Shown here in pieces: positions 1 through 9,407 of a stretch of DNA of 64,000 nucleotides; position 1 is the first letter of the stretch; each line of letters starts with the position of its first letter. Source of the stretch: a virus. The DNA is taken from positions 1 through 64,000 of the IMG/VR virus record IMGVR_UViG_3300046648_000213; one strand, given 5' to 3'. Below the pieces are notes generated by a model. It saw only the letters and a list, made by a program, of their open reading frames with translations, was not told the origin of the DNA and searched no databases. Made by a program: the position numbers and the translations under genes.

Positions 1-62
1 AGAACGGCAACATCGAGCCTGCCGGTAAGATCGGCCGACTCACTTTCTGGAGATGGAAAAAT

Positions 63-187
63 GAAGTAAATCGAACTGGACTCAGTTGAACTGAACCACT
101 ATCATCTCAACCCGGTTGTTATCAACCGAACTGAACTGAAGCGAAGTTAAATAAAATCAAATGAACGCCAACGAACTCAACCGAATC
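63..187. repeat. 5-bp-periodic degenerate array, (G/C)AACT units; candidate centromere
   Basis: In-phase pentamers GAAGT AAATC GAACT GGACT CAGTT GAACT GAACC ... CAACC GAACT GAACT; same style as the array upstream of parA. Confidence 0.6.
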
Positions 188-1438
188 TTCCTGACGCTCG
201 CCGACACCAGCAAGCCGAAACAGAAGCAGCTGCTGCTCGAGACGTGCTTCGACTCTGACGTTTTCCAGCGCGTGCTGCGCGCCGCGCTCGACCCGTTCGT
301 CACGTATGGCATGACCGCCCTGCCCGCTTCGCAGCCGCAGGTCGAGCTCCGCGAGCACCTCGACGCCGAGTTCTGGTCCCTGCTCGAGCGACTTGCCAAG
401 CGGGAGATCACCGGCAACCACGCCAAGTTCGAAGTGGCGACGGCCATGTCGAAGTACACGTCCGACGTTTGCGACATCCTCCTGCGCATCGTCACGAAGG
501 ACCTGCGCTGCGGCGTCACGGCGACGCTCGTGAACAAGGTGTGGCCGAAGCTGATCCCCGAATACTCATGCATGCTGGCGAAGGACTACGACGCCGCCAA
601 GCAATCCTTCCCCTGCTGGTGGGAGCCTAAGCTGGACGGCTTTCGCGTCAATGTCCATGTGGACACTGACAACGGCACCGTCGACTTCGTGACGCGCAGC
701 GGCCTCTCCTATGGCGAGACGCTGAACCATCTGAAGGATTACGTTCTCGAGGCATGCGAGCAGTTCGCCATTCACCACGGCAAGCCGTTCTCGCGACTTG
801 TCCTTGATGCTGAAGCGATCAGCGGCTCGTTCGCCGAGACGTCTAGCTCCCTGCGCAAGAAGAGCAAGGTCGCGACCGATGCCTGGCTGAACCTGTTCGA
901 CGTTGTGACGAAGGAAGAATTCGACGCTGGGAAAAGCACGAACGAGTACGAAGTCCGCCGCCAAATGCTTCTGGACATCCTCGCCGTCTCCAACCCGGAC
1001 GGCGCGCTGCGCCTCTCCCGCGCTACCCTCGCCCACTCGCACGCCGATCTCGACGCCGCGTACGAATTCTGCCGCGATCGCGGAGACGAGGGGATCATGG
1101 TCAAGGATTGCGGCCACCTGTACGAGACGAAGCGCAGCGCCGCATGGCGCAAGCGCAAACCGGAGGACTCGCGTGAGTTCATGGTGGTCGGCTCCTTCGA
1201 GGGAGAAGGCAAGTACTTCGGCATGCTCGGCGGCCTGACGGTCGACGTCGACGGCGTTTCGGTGAACGTCGGCACCGGCCTCACGGACAAGCAGCGCGCC
1301 GATCTCTGGCCGGTCCGCTTCGACCTTCCCGGCCGACTTGTCGAAGTCGAGTACATGGAGAAGACGCCGGACGGCAGCCTGCGTCACCCTCGCCTGAAGC
1401 GCTTCCGCGACACGATCGAGGCGGGCGTGAAAGAATAA
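161..1438 (+). CDS. lig: ATP-dependent DNA ligase
   Basis: Motif I EPKLDG, LDAE, EGIMVK, WRKRKP; OB-fold end GSLRHPRL. Confidence 0.95.
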   Translation: MNANELNRIFLTLADTSKPKQKQLLLETCFDSDVFQRVLRAALDPFVTYGMTALPASQPQVELREHLDAEFWSLLERLAKREITGNHAKFEVATAMSKYTSDVCDILLRIVTKDLRCGVTATLVNKVWPKLIPEYSCMLAKDYDAAKQSFPCWWEPKLDGFRVNVHVDTDNGTVDFVTRSGLSYGETLNHLKDYVLEACEQFAIHHGKPFSRLVLDAEAISGSFAETSSSLRKKSKVATDAWLNLFDVVTKEEFDAGKSTNEYEVRRQMLLDILAVSNPDGALRLSRATLAHSHADLDAAYEFCRDRGDEGIMVKDCGHLYETKRSAAWRKRKPEDSREFMVVGSFEGEGKYFGMLGGLTVDVDGVSVNVGTGLTDKQRADLWPVRFDLPGRLVEVEYMEKTPDGSLRHPRLKRFRDTIEAGVKE

Positions 1439-1555
1439 CGATCAACGGACGACGGCGAGCGGTGCGCGCGGCACCGGCCCGGACGAGCACGCCTAACCGG
1501 TTTGGGCATAGCAGCAGTCTGGAAAAGGGCCGAGGGTGAAAATCCCCACGTTGTC

Positions 1556-1705
1556 CACCCAATTCAACTGAGTTGAGTCGATATGGACTGTGTTCGATGG
1601 AACACGGTCCATTTCGTTTGCGTCGATTGAAATAATTTGAATCGATGGCCACTCAATTTATACTTACTCAACCCGTTTGAACTGAACTCATCTGGAGTCA
1701 ATTGA
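1556..1705. repeat. 5-bp-periodic array in the parA promoter (centromere/operator-like)
   Basis: AATTC AACTG AGTTG AGTCG ... ACTGA ACTCA ...; contains TCAACTGAGTTGA; lies directly upstream of parA. Confidence 0.65.
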
Positions 1706-2359
1706 ATGACGACAATCGCATTCGTATCAGGGAAGGGCGGCGTCGGCAAAACGACGTGGGCGTTTGACAACGCCGTGCAGCGCGCGCTCGCCGGCCGCGA
1801 CGTACTCGTCATCGACGCCGATCCCGAGCGCATCATGGCGATCGCGAACGCGCGTCGCGACAAGATCGAGGGCGTGCCGCACCTCACCTGCGTTTGCCTG
1901 TACGGCGACGAGATCACGACCGAAGTCCCGAAGCTAGTGAGGAAATACGACGACATCATCATCGACACGCCGGGGCACGACGCGCCCGAGTCGCGTAGCG
2001 CGATGGTCGTCGCGAAGAAGGTCATCACGCCCGCACAGACGAGCCAGTTCGATCTCGACGCCTACGCGAAGATCGACAAACTGGTGAAGCTGGCGCGCGG
2101 CTTCAATCCGAAGCTGGAAGCACTCGCACTGGTGAACCGCGCGTCGACGAACGTGCGCAAGGCCGACGCCGACGAGGCGCTGACCCTCATGAAGACGCTC
2201 CAGCAGTACCGTCCGATGGAATCGATCATGCGCGAGCGCGACGTGTTCAAGCGGATCGCTAAGGAGAACCTTGCCGTGTGTGAGTTGAAGCTGCGCAGCG
2301 ACAGCGACAAGTCGGGGCTCGCCGAGTCGAAGGCACTTTACGAGGAGATTTGGGCATGA
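1706..2359 (+). CDS. parA: ParA-family partition ATPase (short, type Ib-like)
   Basis: Deviant Walker A GKGGVGKTT, IDADP, IIIDTPG; no N-terminal HTH. Confidence 0.93.
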   Translation: MTTIAFVSGKGGVGKTTWAFDNAVQRALAGRDVLVIDADPERIMAIANARRDKIEGVPHLTCVCLYGDEITTEVPKLVRKYDDIIIDTPGHDAPESRSAMVVAKKVITPAQTSQFDLDAYAKIDKLVKLARGFNPKLEALALVNRASTNVRKADADEALTLMKTLQQYRPMESIMRERDVFKRIAKENLAVCELKLRSDSDKSGLAESKALYEEIWA

Positions 2360-2679
2360 ATGCCGCTAAGAAAGGATTCGCGACCGACGCGTCGTCGTTC
2401 ATCGCTGACGCCGGCCGCCGGCCGAACGTGGAAGAGCCGGTGAAGCCCGCGCGCACGGCGCGCAAGACCGCGCCGGCGCCGGCCGCCGACGAGCCCTATC
2501 CGTGGATCGCCGCGAACGAGCGCGTGCCGAAGCACTTCGGCCTGCGCATGCCGGAGCCCGAGCACGAGAAGCTGAAGTGGATCGGGGAGCGCATCCCCGG
2601 CTCCATGCACGACTTCGCGCTGAAGGCCGTCACCGAGGCGATCGCCGCGAAGCTAAAGGAGCTCGGCATCGAGGGCTAG
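2356..2679 (+). CDS. Putative ribbon-helix-helix centromere-binding partner (ParG-like)
   Basis: ATGA-coupled to parA; flexible N-terminus, then beta-strand KHFGLRM and two helices. Confidence 0.7.
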   Translation: MNAAKKGFATDASSFIADAGRRPNVEEPVKPARTARKTAPAPAADEPYPWIAANERVPKHFGLRMPEPEHEKLKWIGERIPGSMHDFALKAVTEAIAAKLKELGIEG

Positions 2680-3071
2680 AGCTTCAGGTGCCGCAGGCCG
2701 ATGTAGAGACTGCGGCGCACCAGCTTCAGAACAGGGGAGATTCTGCCCGCCTTGGGCAGTCCCGCGTAGGCCCTTGCCATCTGCGCCTCTCGGCGCTTCG
2801 TGACAAGGTACGGTTGGACCTCCTCCAGCACCTGCGCGGCGTCCGCGCCGCACGCGCTCCAGACGAACACGCGTTTGTCGTCCTTCTTCCGCGTCTCCGA
2901 ACGCAACTGCCCGCAGCCGAAGATCGCCTGCAGCTTCTGCACCGTCACTTCACTGGTCATCGCGACGCGCACCAGCAGCGAATAGCTCGTGTGCGTGATG
3001 CGCACGGTGATGTAGCCTTCGCCGTCGATGATGCCTGCCGCCCACGCGTGCTCGCTCAAAAGTGCGCCCAT
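2676..3071 (-). CDS. Free-standing single-motif LAGLIDADG homing endonuclease (alternative TTG start 3059)
   Basis: WAAGIIDGEGYI motif, LQAIFGCG, VQPYLVTKR. Confidence 0.8.
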   Translation of the reverse strand: MGALLSEHAWAAGIIDGEGYITVRITHTSYSLLVRVAMTSEVTVQKLQAIFGCGQLRSETRKKDDKRVFVWSACGADAAQVLEEVQPYLVTKRREAQMARAYAGLPKAGRISPVLKLVRRSLYIGLRHLKL

Positions 3072-3649
3072 GCGCCCACCCCGACGAATGCGTCCGGCCG
3101 CTTCCAGTTCATCGGCTCGTCGACATATCCGACGAGGCCCACATGCACAGCTTTGACCTGGAGGAGATCGGCGCGCGCCTCGATGTGGAGCACCGGCGTG
3201 ACCGAGCGCGTCGTGTAGCCGGTCGCGACCATGATGTCGTAGCCGCGCTGCGCGGCGAACCACGGAAGGGCAAGGCGGGTGTCCATTGTCGTGACCTCGC
3301 CGGTCTTCTGGTCGACGACCGTCGACACCTCGTGCGGGTGTGAGTCGGCGACCACCTGCGACTGCGCCACCACGAACTTGTCCGAGTCCTTCTTCACCGC
3401 GTCAGGCAAGTGCAGCTGCTTCTTCACGCTCTGCGCGTAGACCTGCACCTTCGGCGGGGCGATCGTCTCGCTCGCAGCCATCGCGACGGCGGGCGTCGCC
3501 GCCTCCGGCACATCGACCGGCGCGACAATGGACGCCGACATCTGCGGCTGATGGTACGAGTCCCACACCGTCTTCCCTGCGCCCCACACAATCACGATCG
3601 CGGCGAGTGCCATGAGCACGTCGAACGCAATGTCCAGAATCCGTTTCAT
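3056..3649 (-). CDS. Lysis-cassette membrane protein, spanin-like
   Basis: N-terminal TM helix, Pro/Ala linker, C-terminal amphipathic beta-strands ending FVGVGAWAHF; in the Rz position. Confidence 0.55.
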   Translation of the reverse strand: MKRILDIAFDVLMALAAIVIVWGAGKTVWDSYHQPQMSASIVAPVDVPEAATPAVAMAASETIAPPKVQVYAQSVKKQLHLPDAVKKDSDKFVVAQSQVVADSHPHEVSTVVDQKTGEVTTMDTRLALPWFAAQRGYDIMVATGYTTRSVTPVLHIEARADLLQVKAVHVGLVGYVDEPMNWKRPDAFVGVGAWAHF

Positions 3650-3696
3650 CTAGGTCCCCATGTGAACGGGGCCGGTCAGTGCCGGCCCCTTATCAA

Positions 3697-4080
3697 TTAC
3701 TGCGCGACCGCGCCGGCCGGCGGCGCTGCCGCAGGCGCAGCCGTTGCATCGGGCGCGGAAGGGGCAGCCTTCACCTCGGCCTCGACGGCGGTGATGACGT
3801 TGTTCACGACCGCTGCGGCGGGGGCGGGCAGCACGTCGTTGATCGCGGTCGTGACGACCGGACCGACCGCATCGGCGATCGCGGCCGACAGCTTCACGCC
3901 GTTCTTCGTCTCGTCGTAGACGATCAGCGCGGCGGTCAGCGCGGAGACGATCAGGTCCATCACCGTCAGCGCTGTGTGCGAGTCGACCTTCACGCCGAAG
4001 TACGCGGCGCCGGCGACTATGCCGGCGAGAGTGGTCGGTTGCTTCAGGGCATTGCCGACTGCTTGCAGCAGTTCTTTCAT
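3697..4080 (-). CDS. Putative holin/antiholin (2 TM helices, Ala/Pro tail)
   Basis: Two hydrophobic segments; directly after the endolysin. Confidence 0.55.
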   Translation of the reverse strand: MKELLQAVGNALKQPTTLAGIVAGAAYFGVKVDSHTALTVMDLIVSALTAALIVYDETKNGVKLSAAIADAVGPVVTTAINDVLPAPAAAVVNNVITAVEAEVKAAPSAPDATAAPAAAPPAGAVAQ

Positions 4081-4096
4081 CTTCTTCTCCAGTGGT

Positions 4097-4636
4097 TTAG
4101 ACGCCGCACTCGCGGCGCAGGTGCTCGCAACGGTTCATCCAACCGTTGTAGAACTTCTTCTGCGTGGGGTCGTTCTCGACGATCTGCTCGTAGAACTGCT
4201 CACGCTGGTTGATGTAACCCGCGATGGTGTCCTTCGTGCGCGAGGTGTTCGCGGCGTGCGCAGTCATCACGCCAGGCACGCCATCGGCCTTGATCTTCAG
4301 GGCAAGCTGGAGGAAGCGCACCGCGCGTGCGGGGTTGTGCTGGACCGCGCCGTCGAAGACGACCATCGCGAGGTCATTGGATTGGAAGCCGGGGCAGCCG
4401 GCCGGCGCGTAGAACATCGTGTAGTAGATGTCCTGCATCTCGTCGTCGCTCATCTGCGACACGGGGCGCTTCGGCAGGTTGCACTTCAGGCGGTAGGCGT
4501 CGTACGTCAGCTGCGTGACGCCCTTGTAGGTGAGGCCGCCGCGATCGCCGGGGACGTTCGCGAGGCCGCCTTCTTCGCCGAGCACGCACTTGAGGGCGTA
4601 CTGGAACTTGGTATCAACCGAATGGTCTGTTGCCAT
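4097..4636 (-). CDS. Endolysin, GH108 family with C-terminal peptidoglycan-binding domain
   Basis: EGGLANVPGDRGGLTYKGVTQ, VFDGAVQH, FYNGWMNR. Confidence 0.92.
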   Translation of the reverse strand: MATDHSVDTKFQYALKCVLGEEGGLANVPGDRGGLTYKGVTQLTYDAYRLKCNLPKRPVSQMSDDEMQDIYYTMFYAPAGCPGFQSNDLAMVVFDGAVQHNPARAVRFLQLALKIKADGVPGVMTAHAANTSRTKDTIAGYINQREQFYEQIVENDPTQKKFYNGWMNRCEHLRRECGV

Positions 4637-4677
4637 TTTCGTTCGGCGGCTTTAGCCGCTCTCTCTTTTTGGCAGCC

Positions 4678-5001
4678 TTAGAAGGCTTGCTCGATTTTGA
4701 TTTGCAGGTGACCGTCGTTCGGAACAGAGAGCTTCTCACCACCGGCGGTCGTTACCAACCAGTGCCCGTGATAGTCGCCGCTCTCTGCCGTGTCGCGCTC
4801 GGACCACGGGTAGCTTACCTTGCCCGCCGCTGCGTCCGCAACCGTGGCGTTCCCGCCGACCACGCGCGACGTGTTCACGCGGCGCATGAAGAACTGCACG
4901 GTACAGTCGTCGAGCTTGATCGCCTGGCCGTTGCTGTCGGTGAGCGTGGACGACATGATGGGCAGCGTGTCGCCCTGACGCAGCGTGAAGTCATAGATCA
5001 T
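4678..5001 (-). CDS. BppU-like Ig-fold structural protein
   Basis: FTLRQGDT...GKVSYPW...DTAESGDY...PNDG pattern. Confidence 0.65.
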   Translation of the reverse strand: MIYDFTLRQGDTLPIMSSTLTDSNGQAIKLDDCTVQFFMRRVNTSRVVGGNATVADAAAGKVSYPWSERDTAESGDYHGHWLVTTAGGEKLSVPNDGHLQIKIEQAF

Positions 5002-8000
5002 CGAAGTCTCCTGCTGATGGTTGTCGAGTTGTTGATCTGAACGCGCGAGCGGCTCGAGCTCACGCTCGCGGTGTTGGCCGAAGGCGGCAGGGCCGCGTCG
5101 TTAGAGGAGGGCGGCACCTGCGCGGCGTTGGACGACTTGTCCTGCGCCGCACGCGCGGCGTCGTATGGTTGCTGTGAGACAAGTGTCGAGCCATCGGTGC
5201 GGGCGCTCACCGGCTTGCCGGTCAGCTTGATCGCACCGCGCCAACCCGGCACATAGATCGCATCTCCATCGTTGAGCGGCACGAAGATGAGCGGCGACGC
5301 GCCGGAGCTCGTGGCCGGCACAAACAGGTCCGCGCTGAGGTCGAGCGACGGCGCGCGCACCGTGAGCCCGCGGCTGGAGAACGCCGGCTGCATCACTGCC
5401 TCGTCGACGTCGATCGCCGGTGCCACAATGGACTGCGCGGCCGAGGCGAAGCGCGGCGCTGGCATCGAGCTCGAGGTGTCGAGCGTCGCGACCTTCGCTG
5501 GCGCGGCGAGGCCGGTGAGCGCAGGACCGAACGCGGCCGGCGCAACATCGAGTGCCGGAACGCTCAGCGTCGAAGGTGCGATCGTCGAGATCGACGGCGT
5601 GAAGAAGTCGGTCGTCAAGGCAAGTGTTTGAGCCGCCACCTTCGCCACCGACGCCTGCGATGGTTGGTACACCGTAGCGTCGGTGTTCAGTACGCCTACC
5701 GAGACGCTGTTGCTCACCGGGCGGACGGACGGAGCCGGGAAAGTGGCGCTCGAGCTCAGTGTTGCCACTGAAATAGGCACCATTCCAGATGGTGAAAAAA
5801 TCGGCGCAAATGCCTGATAAATAGGCAGCAGGAGAGGCGCTATAACCGCTTCGGGAGCCTCTCCCAATACCAAACTGAGGACCTCCGCGCTCGAATCGAA
5901 TAGCGGGGCCGTAATCGATTTTGCCCCTGCCGAGACGCTGATCGAGGTGAGCGAAACGTTCGTATCGAGCAGCGGCGCAACTAACATTCCGCCGCGGGCG
6001 GCCCACACAGGATCGAGCAGCGCCGGAGCGACATCGAGCGTCGGCGCGGCCACCGCGCGCGCGCCGATGCTGAACGTGGAAGCGGGCAGGTCGGCTGCGG
6101 TGTCCATTGCCGGCAAGTGCAGCGCGATCGCGGCCGGCGCCAGCGCGGGCATGCCGAGATCAGCCGCGATGTCGATGGTCGGCGCAGTGTCCAATTGGAC
6201 ACCGGCACCGACGCTAGGCGTGAAGAGTGCAGCGGGCGCGTCGATCGTCTGAGCGGCGAGCGTGGCAGCGATCGGCGCGAGGGCAGGGGCCGCGAGTTGC
6301 TCGCTCGAATCGAGCAGCGCGAGCGCAACGCGCACGGCGGGCGTGGCCGTGGCCGGCGCGTAAACGGCAGGCACTGCGTCGAGCGCGGCGGGGACCCATG
6401 CCTGCGCGCGAGGGGAGATCACCGGGTTGAAGACGCCGGCCGCTGCGTCGAGCAGCGGCATGCTGAGTTGTGCAGCGCCGATAGTTAGTTGCGCCGGGGC
6501 CTGACTGTCGTCGAGCACCAGCGTCGTCGGACGCAACACGTCCGCGAACGTCGCGCGCGCCGTACTCACAGCTTGCCCTTGCGCAGCGAGTGCGATCACC
6601 GTGGCAAGGTCCGCTGTGGCCATCGCCCGCGCAGCAGCTGTGCCGCCGAGCGGGATCGCAGTGTGGAGGTCGGCCTGCGCCGCCGCGCTCGCCGCGCCCG
6701 CGCCGGCCAGCGTTACTGCCGTGCTGAGCGCGCCGCTCGCCGACGCCGAGACGACGCCGCTGCCGTACAGCAGCGTGCCGGTCTTCAGGTCTGCGCTCGA
6801 GCTCGCGCTCGCCGCGCCCGCGCCGGCCAATGCGATCGCCGTGCTGAGCGAGCCGCTCGCCGCGCTCACGCCGCTCGCCGTGCCTGAGAACTGGACTGCC
6901 GTGCTGAGGTCGGCGCTCGAGCTCGAGCGACACACGGCGCTGCCCGCAAGCACAATGGACGTCGACAGGTCGCCGGCCGACGCCGGCTGCACATGCGCAG
7001 ATGCGGCAAGGTTGATCGCCGTGCTGATGCCGGCCGTCGCCGATGAGGCCACGGTGCCCGCACCGGCCAGCGTCTTTTGAGTGGCGAGTGCAGCCGTCGC
7101 CGTGCACACGGCCACCGCGCTCGCTGCGAGCCGCTTCTGCGTCGAGAGCGTCGCAGTGCCGGTCGCGACGCACGATCCGGTCGACGCGGCGAAGTTCGGG
7201 CCTGTCGCTGGCTGCGTGATCGTGTACGTGCGCGTCTCGCCCGCTGTCCAGGCTGCGACGTTCGTCTGCGCATCGACCTGCGTCCACGTCTTGCCGCCGT
7301 CGCTCGACTGTTCGAACGTCCAGCTTTTCAGCATCGCGTTCAGGTACGAGGTCTGGACTCCGAGCGTATAGCTCTTCAGCTGCGTGTTCGGATAGACGTA
7401 GGCGTACGCGGCAAGCACGCCGGTCTTTGTCTGCCAGCCGGTCGTGACCGAGCCATCGCGCAGATAGTCCGCGGTGTTGTTGCCGTCGTCGAGGTCTGTG
7501 CCGAAGCCATAGCCGCTGAGCACCACGCCGGTCGTGTCGGTGACGTCGAGCGAGCCGAGCGCGATGTAGTTCTGGCTCGCCGAGTTCTGGACGGCCGTCA
7601 CGTGCAGGCGGTACTGGTACTTGCCGAAGGTGATCGTCTGACTCACCTTCCAGCAGTACTTGTTGTAGTCGTACGTGTAGAGGTCGGTGAACGTCGTGCC
7701 GTCGTCCGACCATTGCAGCCGGAACTTGCAGGGCAACTCGTCGGGCCACTGGCTATAGGACGAGATCGCGACGCTCGTGATCGCGCGCGTGACGCTCGCG
7801 CCGAAGTCGTACTGCCACCAACCGCTCGTGGCCGAGTACTCCCATATGTTCGACGTGCTCGCAACGGAGCCGTCGCACGCGCCCGCCGCGACCCGCCCGC
7901 TATACGAGCCGGCTGCGGACGGCGTGCCGCCGGTGAGGACGTTCGTGCTCGAGCCGTCCTCATACATCGCGACCTCAGCCAGCAACATGTACGGCGTCGT

Positions 8001-8060
8001 TGCTTGAATGGTCGATTTGGTCGAATCAATCTGAATTCGCCAATAGCGATGTCCGGCCAT
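4998..8060 (-). CDS. Large virion appendage protein: two F5/8 (discoidin)-like domains plus about 20-aa repeats
   Basis: HRYWRI, FRLQWSDDG, WTFEQSSDGG motifs; repeats LSTAIxLAGxG; Pro-rich periodic C-terminal half. Confidence 0.6.
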   Translation of the reverse strand: MAGHRYWRIQIDSTKSTIQATTPYMLLAEVAMYEDGSSTNVLTGGTPSAAGSYSGRVAAGACDGSVASTSNIWEYSATSGWWQYDFGASVTRAITSVAISSYSQWPDELPCKFRLQWSDDGTTFTDLYTYDYNKYCWKVSQTITFGKYQYRLHVTAVQNSASQNYIALGSLDVTDTTGVVLSGYGFGTDLDDGNNTADYLRDGSVTTGWQTKTGVLAAYAYVYPNTQLKSYTLGVQTSYLNAMLKSWTFEQSSDGGKTWTQVDAQTNVAAWTAGETRTYTITQPATGPNFAASTGSCVATGTATLSTQKRLAASAVAVCTATAALATQKTLAGAGTVASSATAGISTAINLAASAHVQPASAGDLSTSIVLAGSAVCRSSSSADLSTAVQFSGTASGVSAASGSLSTAIALAGAGAASASSSADLKTGTLLYGSGVVSASASGALSTAVTLAGAGAASAAAQADLHTAIPLGGTAAARAMATADLATVIALAAQGQAVSTARATFADVLRPTTLVLDDSQAPAQLTIGAAQLSMPLLDAAAGVFNPVISPRAQAWVPAALDAVPAVYAPATATPAVRVALALLDSSEQLAAPALAPIAATLAAQTIDAPAALFTPSVGAGVQLDTAPTIDIAADLGMPALAPAAIALHLPAMDTAADLPASTFSIGARAVAAPTLDVAPALLDPVWAARGGMLVAPLLDTNVSLTSISVSAGAKSITAPLFDSSAEVLSLVLGEAPEAVIAPLLLPIYQAFAPIFSPSGMVPISVATLSSSATFPAPSVRPVSNSVSVGVLNTDATVYQPSQASVAKVAAQTLALTTDFFTPSISTIAPSTLSVPALDVAPAAFGPALTGLAAPAKVATLDTSSSMPAPRFASAAQSIVAPAIDVDEAVMQPAFSSRGLTVRAPSLDLSADLFVPATSSGASPLIFVPLNDGDAIYVPGWRGAIKLTGKPVSARTDGSTLVSQQPYDAARAAQDKSSNAAQVPPSSNDAALPPSANTASVSSSRSRVQINNSTTISRRLR

Positions 8061-8071
8061 CTAACCCCCGA

Positions 8072-8512
8072 TCAGTTGTCGATCTGGATCGACAGTGCGG
8101 CAGCAGGGAACGACGGCGCAGGGTCGCCGTTGTTCACGGTCTTCGCGTTCGTGAGCGCGCCGTAGAACAGCAGGTTGCCGCCGGTCTGCGCGTCGAGGAT
8201 GCCCCACGCGACGATGGACCCCCAATTGGCGGTCGGCGTCGGAAAGGTCACCGCGCCGTTGTTCGACGTGGTGCCGCTCGACCCGCTCGATGCGGCGGTC
8301 GTGCCCGCGCCTTGCGTGCCTGCCCAATTGGCAAGTGCTCCCGCCACCGCGACGCGCGCGTATGCGCCGCCCGACACTTCCGTGCCGCCGCCGGCGTCGG
8401 CCGGCGAAGCGGTGTAGAGCGCGACATAGACGTTCGACGGAGGCGTGTACGCTTGCCCGCGCAGCACGCAGTCGACCAGCTTGTTCTCGAGGTAGTCCGA
8501 CATTGCGGCCAT
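8072..8512 (-). CDS. Phage structural/fibre protein
   Basis: MSDYLENKL...VYVALYTASP...EVSGGAYAR...GGNLLFYG, a pattern common in phage structural modules. Confidence 0.65.
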   Translation of the reverse strand: MAAMSDYLENKLVDCVLRGQAYTPPSNVYVALYTASPADAGGGTEVSGGAYARVAVAGALANWAGTQGAGTTAASSGSSGTTSNNGAVTFPTPTANWGSIVAWGILDAQTGGNLLFYGALTNAKTVNNGDPAPSFPAAALSIQIDN

Positions 8513-8523
8513 GATCTACCTCC

Positions 8524-8958
8524 TTACCAGCGCAGAATGCCGGAGGCATTCCACTGCAGGTCGACTTCACCGCCGTTCGTCACGAGGTCTGCCGGATCGA
8601 GATAGGCGATCAGCAGGCTGTCGTTGTCGGAGGTCTTCTCCTGAATCAGGACGACCGCGGCGATCGTGCCCGCGTTGATGCCAGGCCACGCGAGGTTGTT
8701 CGCGGTGAAGACGGCCTTGTGGTTCGTGCTGTCGACGCTCACCGACTTGCCGGAGAGCGTCTGACGGCCTGACTGGTTGAAGCCGGCCACGTAGCCGGTG
8801 CCCGACAGTTCGGCCGCGTTCGCCGCCGACACGAACTGATCGCTCGCGGAGGGCGAGTAGCTCGGGCTGACCAGCATGGCCTTGATGGTTGAGCTCGTGA
8901 GGGACAAGTTGCCTTGCAGCAGCTGTGCCTTCGCGTTGTCGTAAAGCAGCGATGCCAT
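8524..8958 (-). CDS. Phage structural protein
   Basis: IKAMLV...ELSGTGYVAG...LIAYLD...TNGGEVDLQWNASGI pattern. Confidence 0.6.
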   Translation of the reverse strand: MASLLYDNAKAQLLQGNLSLTSSTIKAMLVSPSYSPSASDQFVSAANAAELSGTGYVAGFNQSGRQTLSGKSVSVDSTNHKAVFTANNLAWPGINAGTIAAVVLIQEKTSDNDSLLIAYLDPADLVTNGGEVDLQWNASGILRW

Positions 8959-8964
8959 GAGGAT

Positions 8965-9342
8965 TTACTCCTTCTTCTCGTTTTCTTCGTGGGGGATTTC
9001 AGCGTGGAGCTCGAGCTCGCCGTCCTTGCGCCCGACTTTCAGCGAGATGCCGCGCTCCTTGATGAGCTTGAGGATGCCTTCGGCGCCAGCAATGGACAGC
9101 GCGCATGCGATGCCGCACACCGCTATCGGCGGCAGGTTCGGGAACCACACCAGCAGACCGTAGGCGCTCATGCCAAGGCCGCCGCCGACGACGGCCTTGC
9201 CTACGATCTTCTTCCAAGTGAGGGGGTCATCGGACAGAAGCATCTGTCCGAAGCTGACGGCGACGGCAAGGGCTGCCGGCGCGTAGAAAGGGATATTTTT
9301 CAGCCCCTCGGTGTACTGGCTCGGGTCGTGGTCCGGCGTCAT
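8965..9342 (-). CDS. Holin, P2 gpY-like family
   Basis: 3 TM segments; DPLTWKKIVGKAVVGG...FPNLPPIAVCGIACALSIAG resembles P2 holin; charged C-terminus. Confidence 0.75.
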   Translation of the reverse strand: MTPDHDPSQYTEGLKNIPFYAPAALAVAVSFGQMLLSDDPLTWKKIVGKAVVGGGLGMSAYGLLVWFPNLPPIAVCGIACALSIAGAEGILKLIKERGISLKVGRKDGELELHAEIPHEENEKKE

Positions 9343-9407
9343 TAGCACCCTCCGGGGCGTCTTTTTGTTTCCCCGGAGTTTACAGGAACCCGATCTCATG
9401 AACCACA

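Noticed and set aside
2676-3263. 195-aa version of the LAGLIDADG ORF
   Set aside because: The 5' extension overlaps the spanin-like gene out of frame; the real start is probably 3071 or 3059
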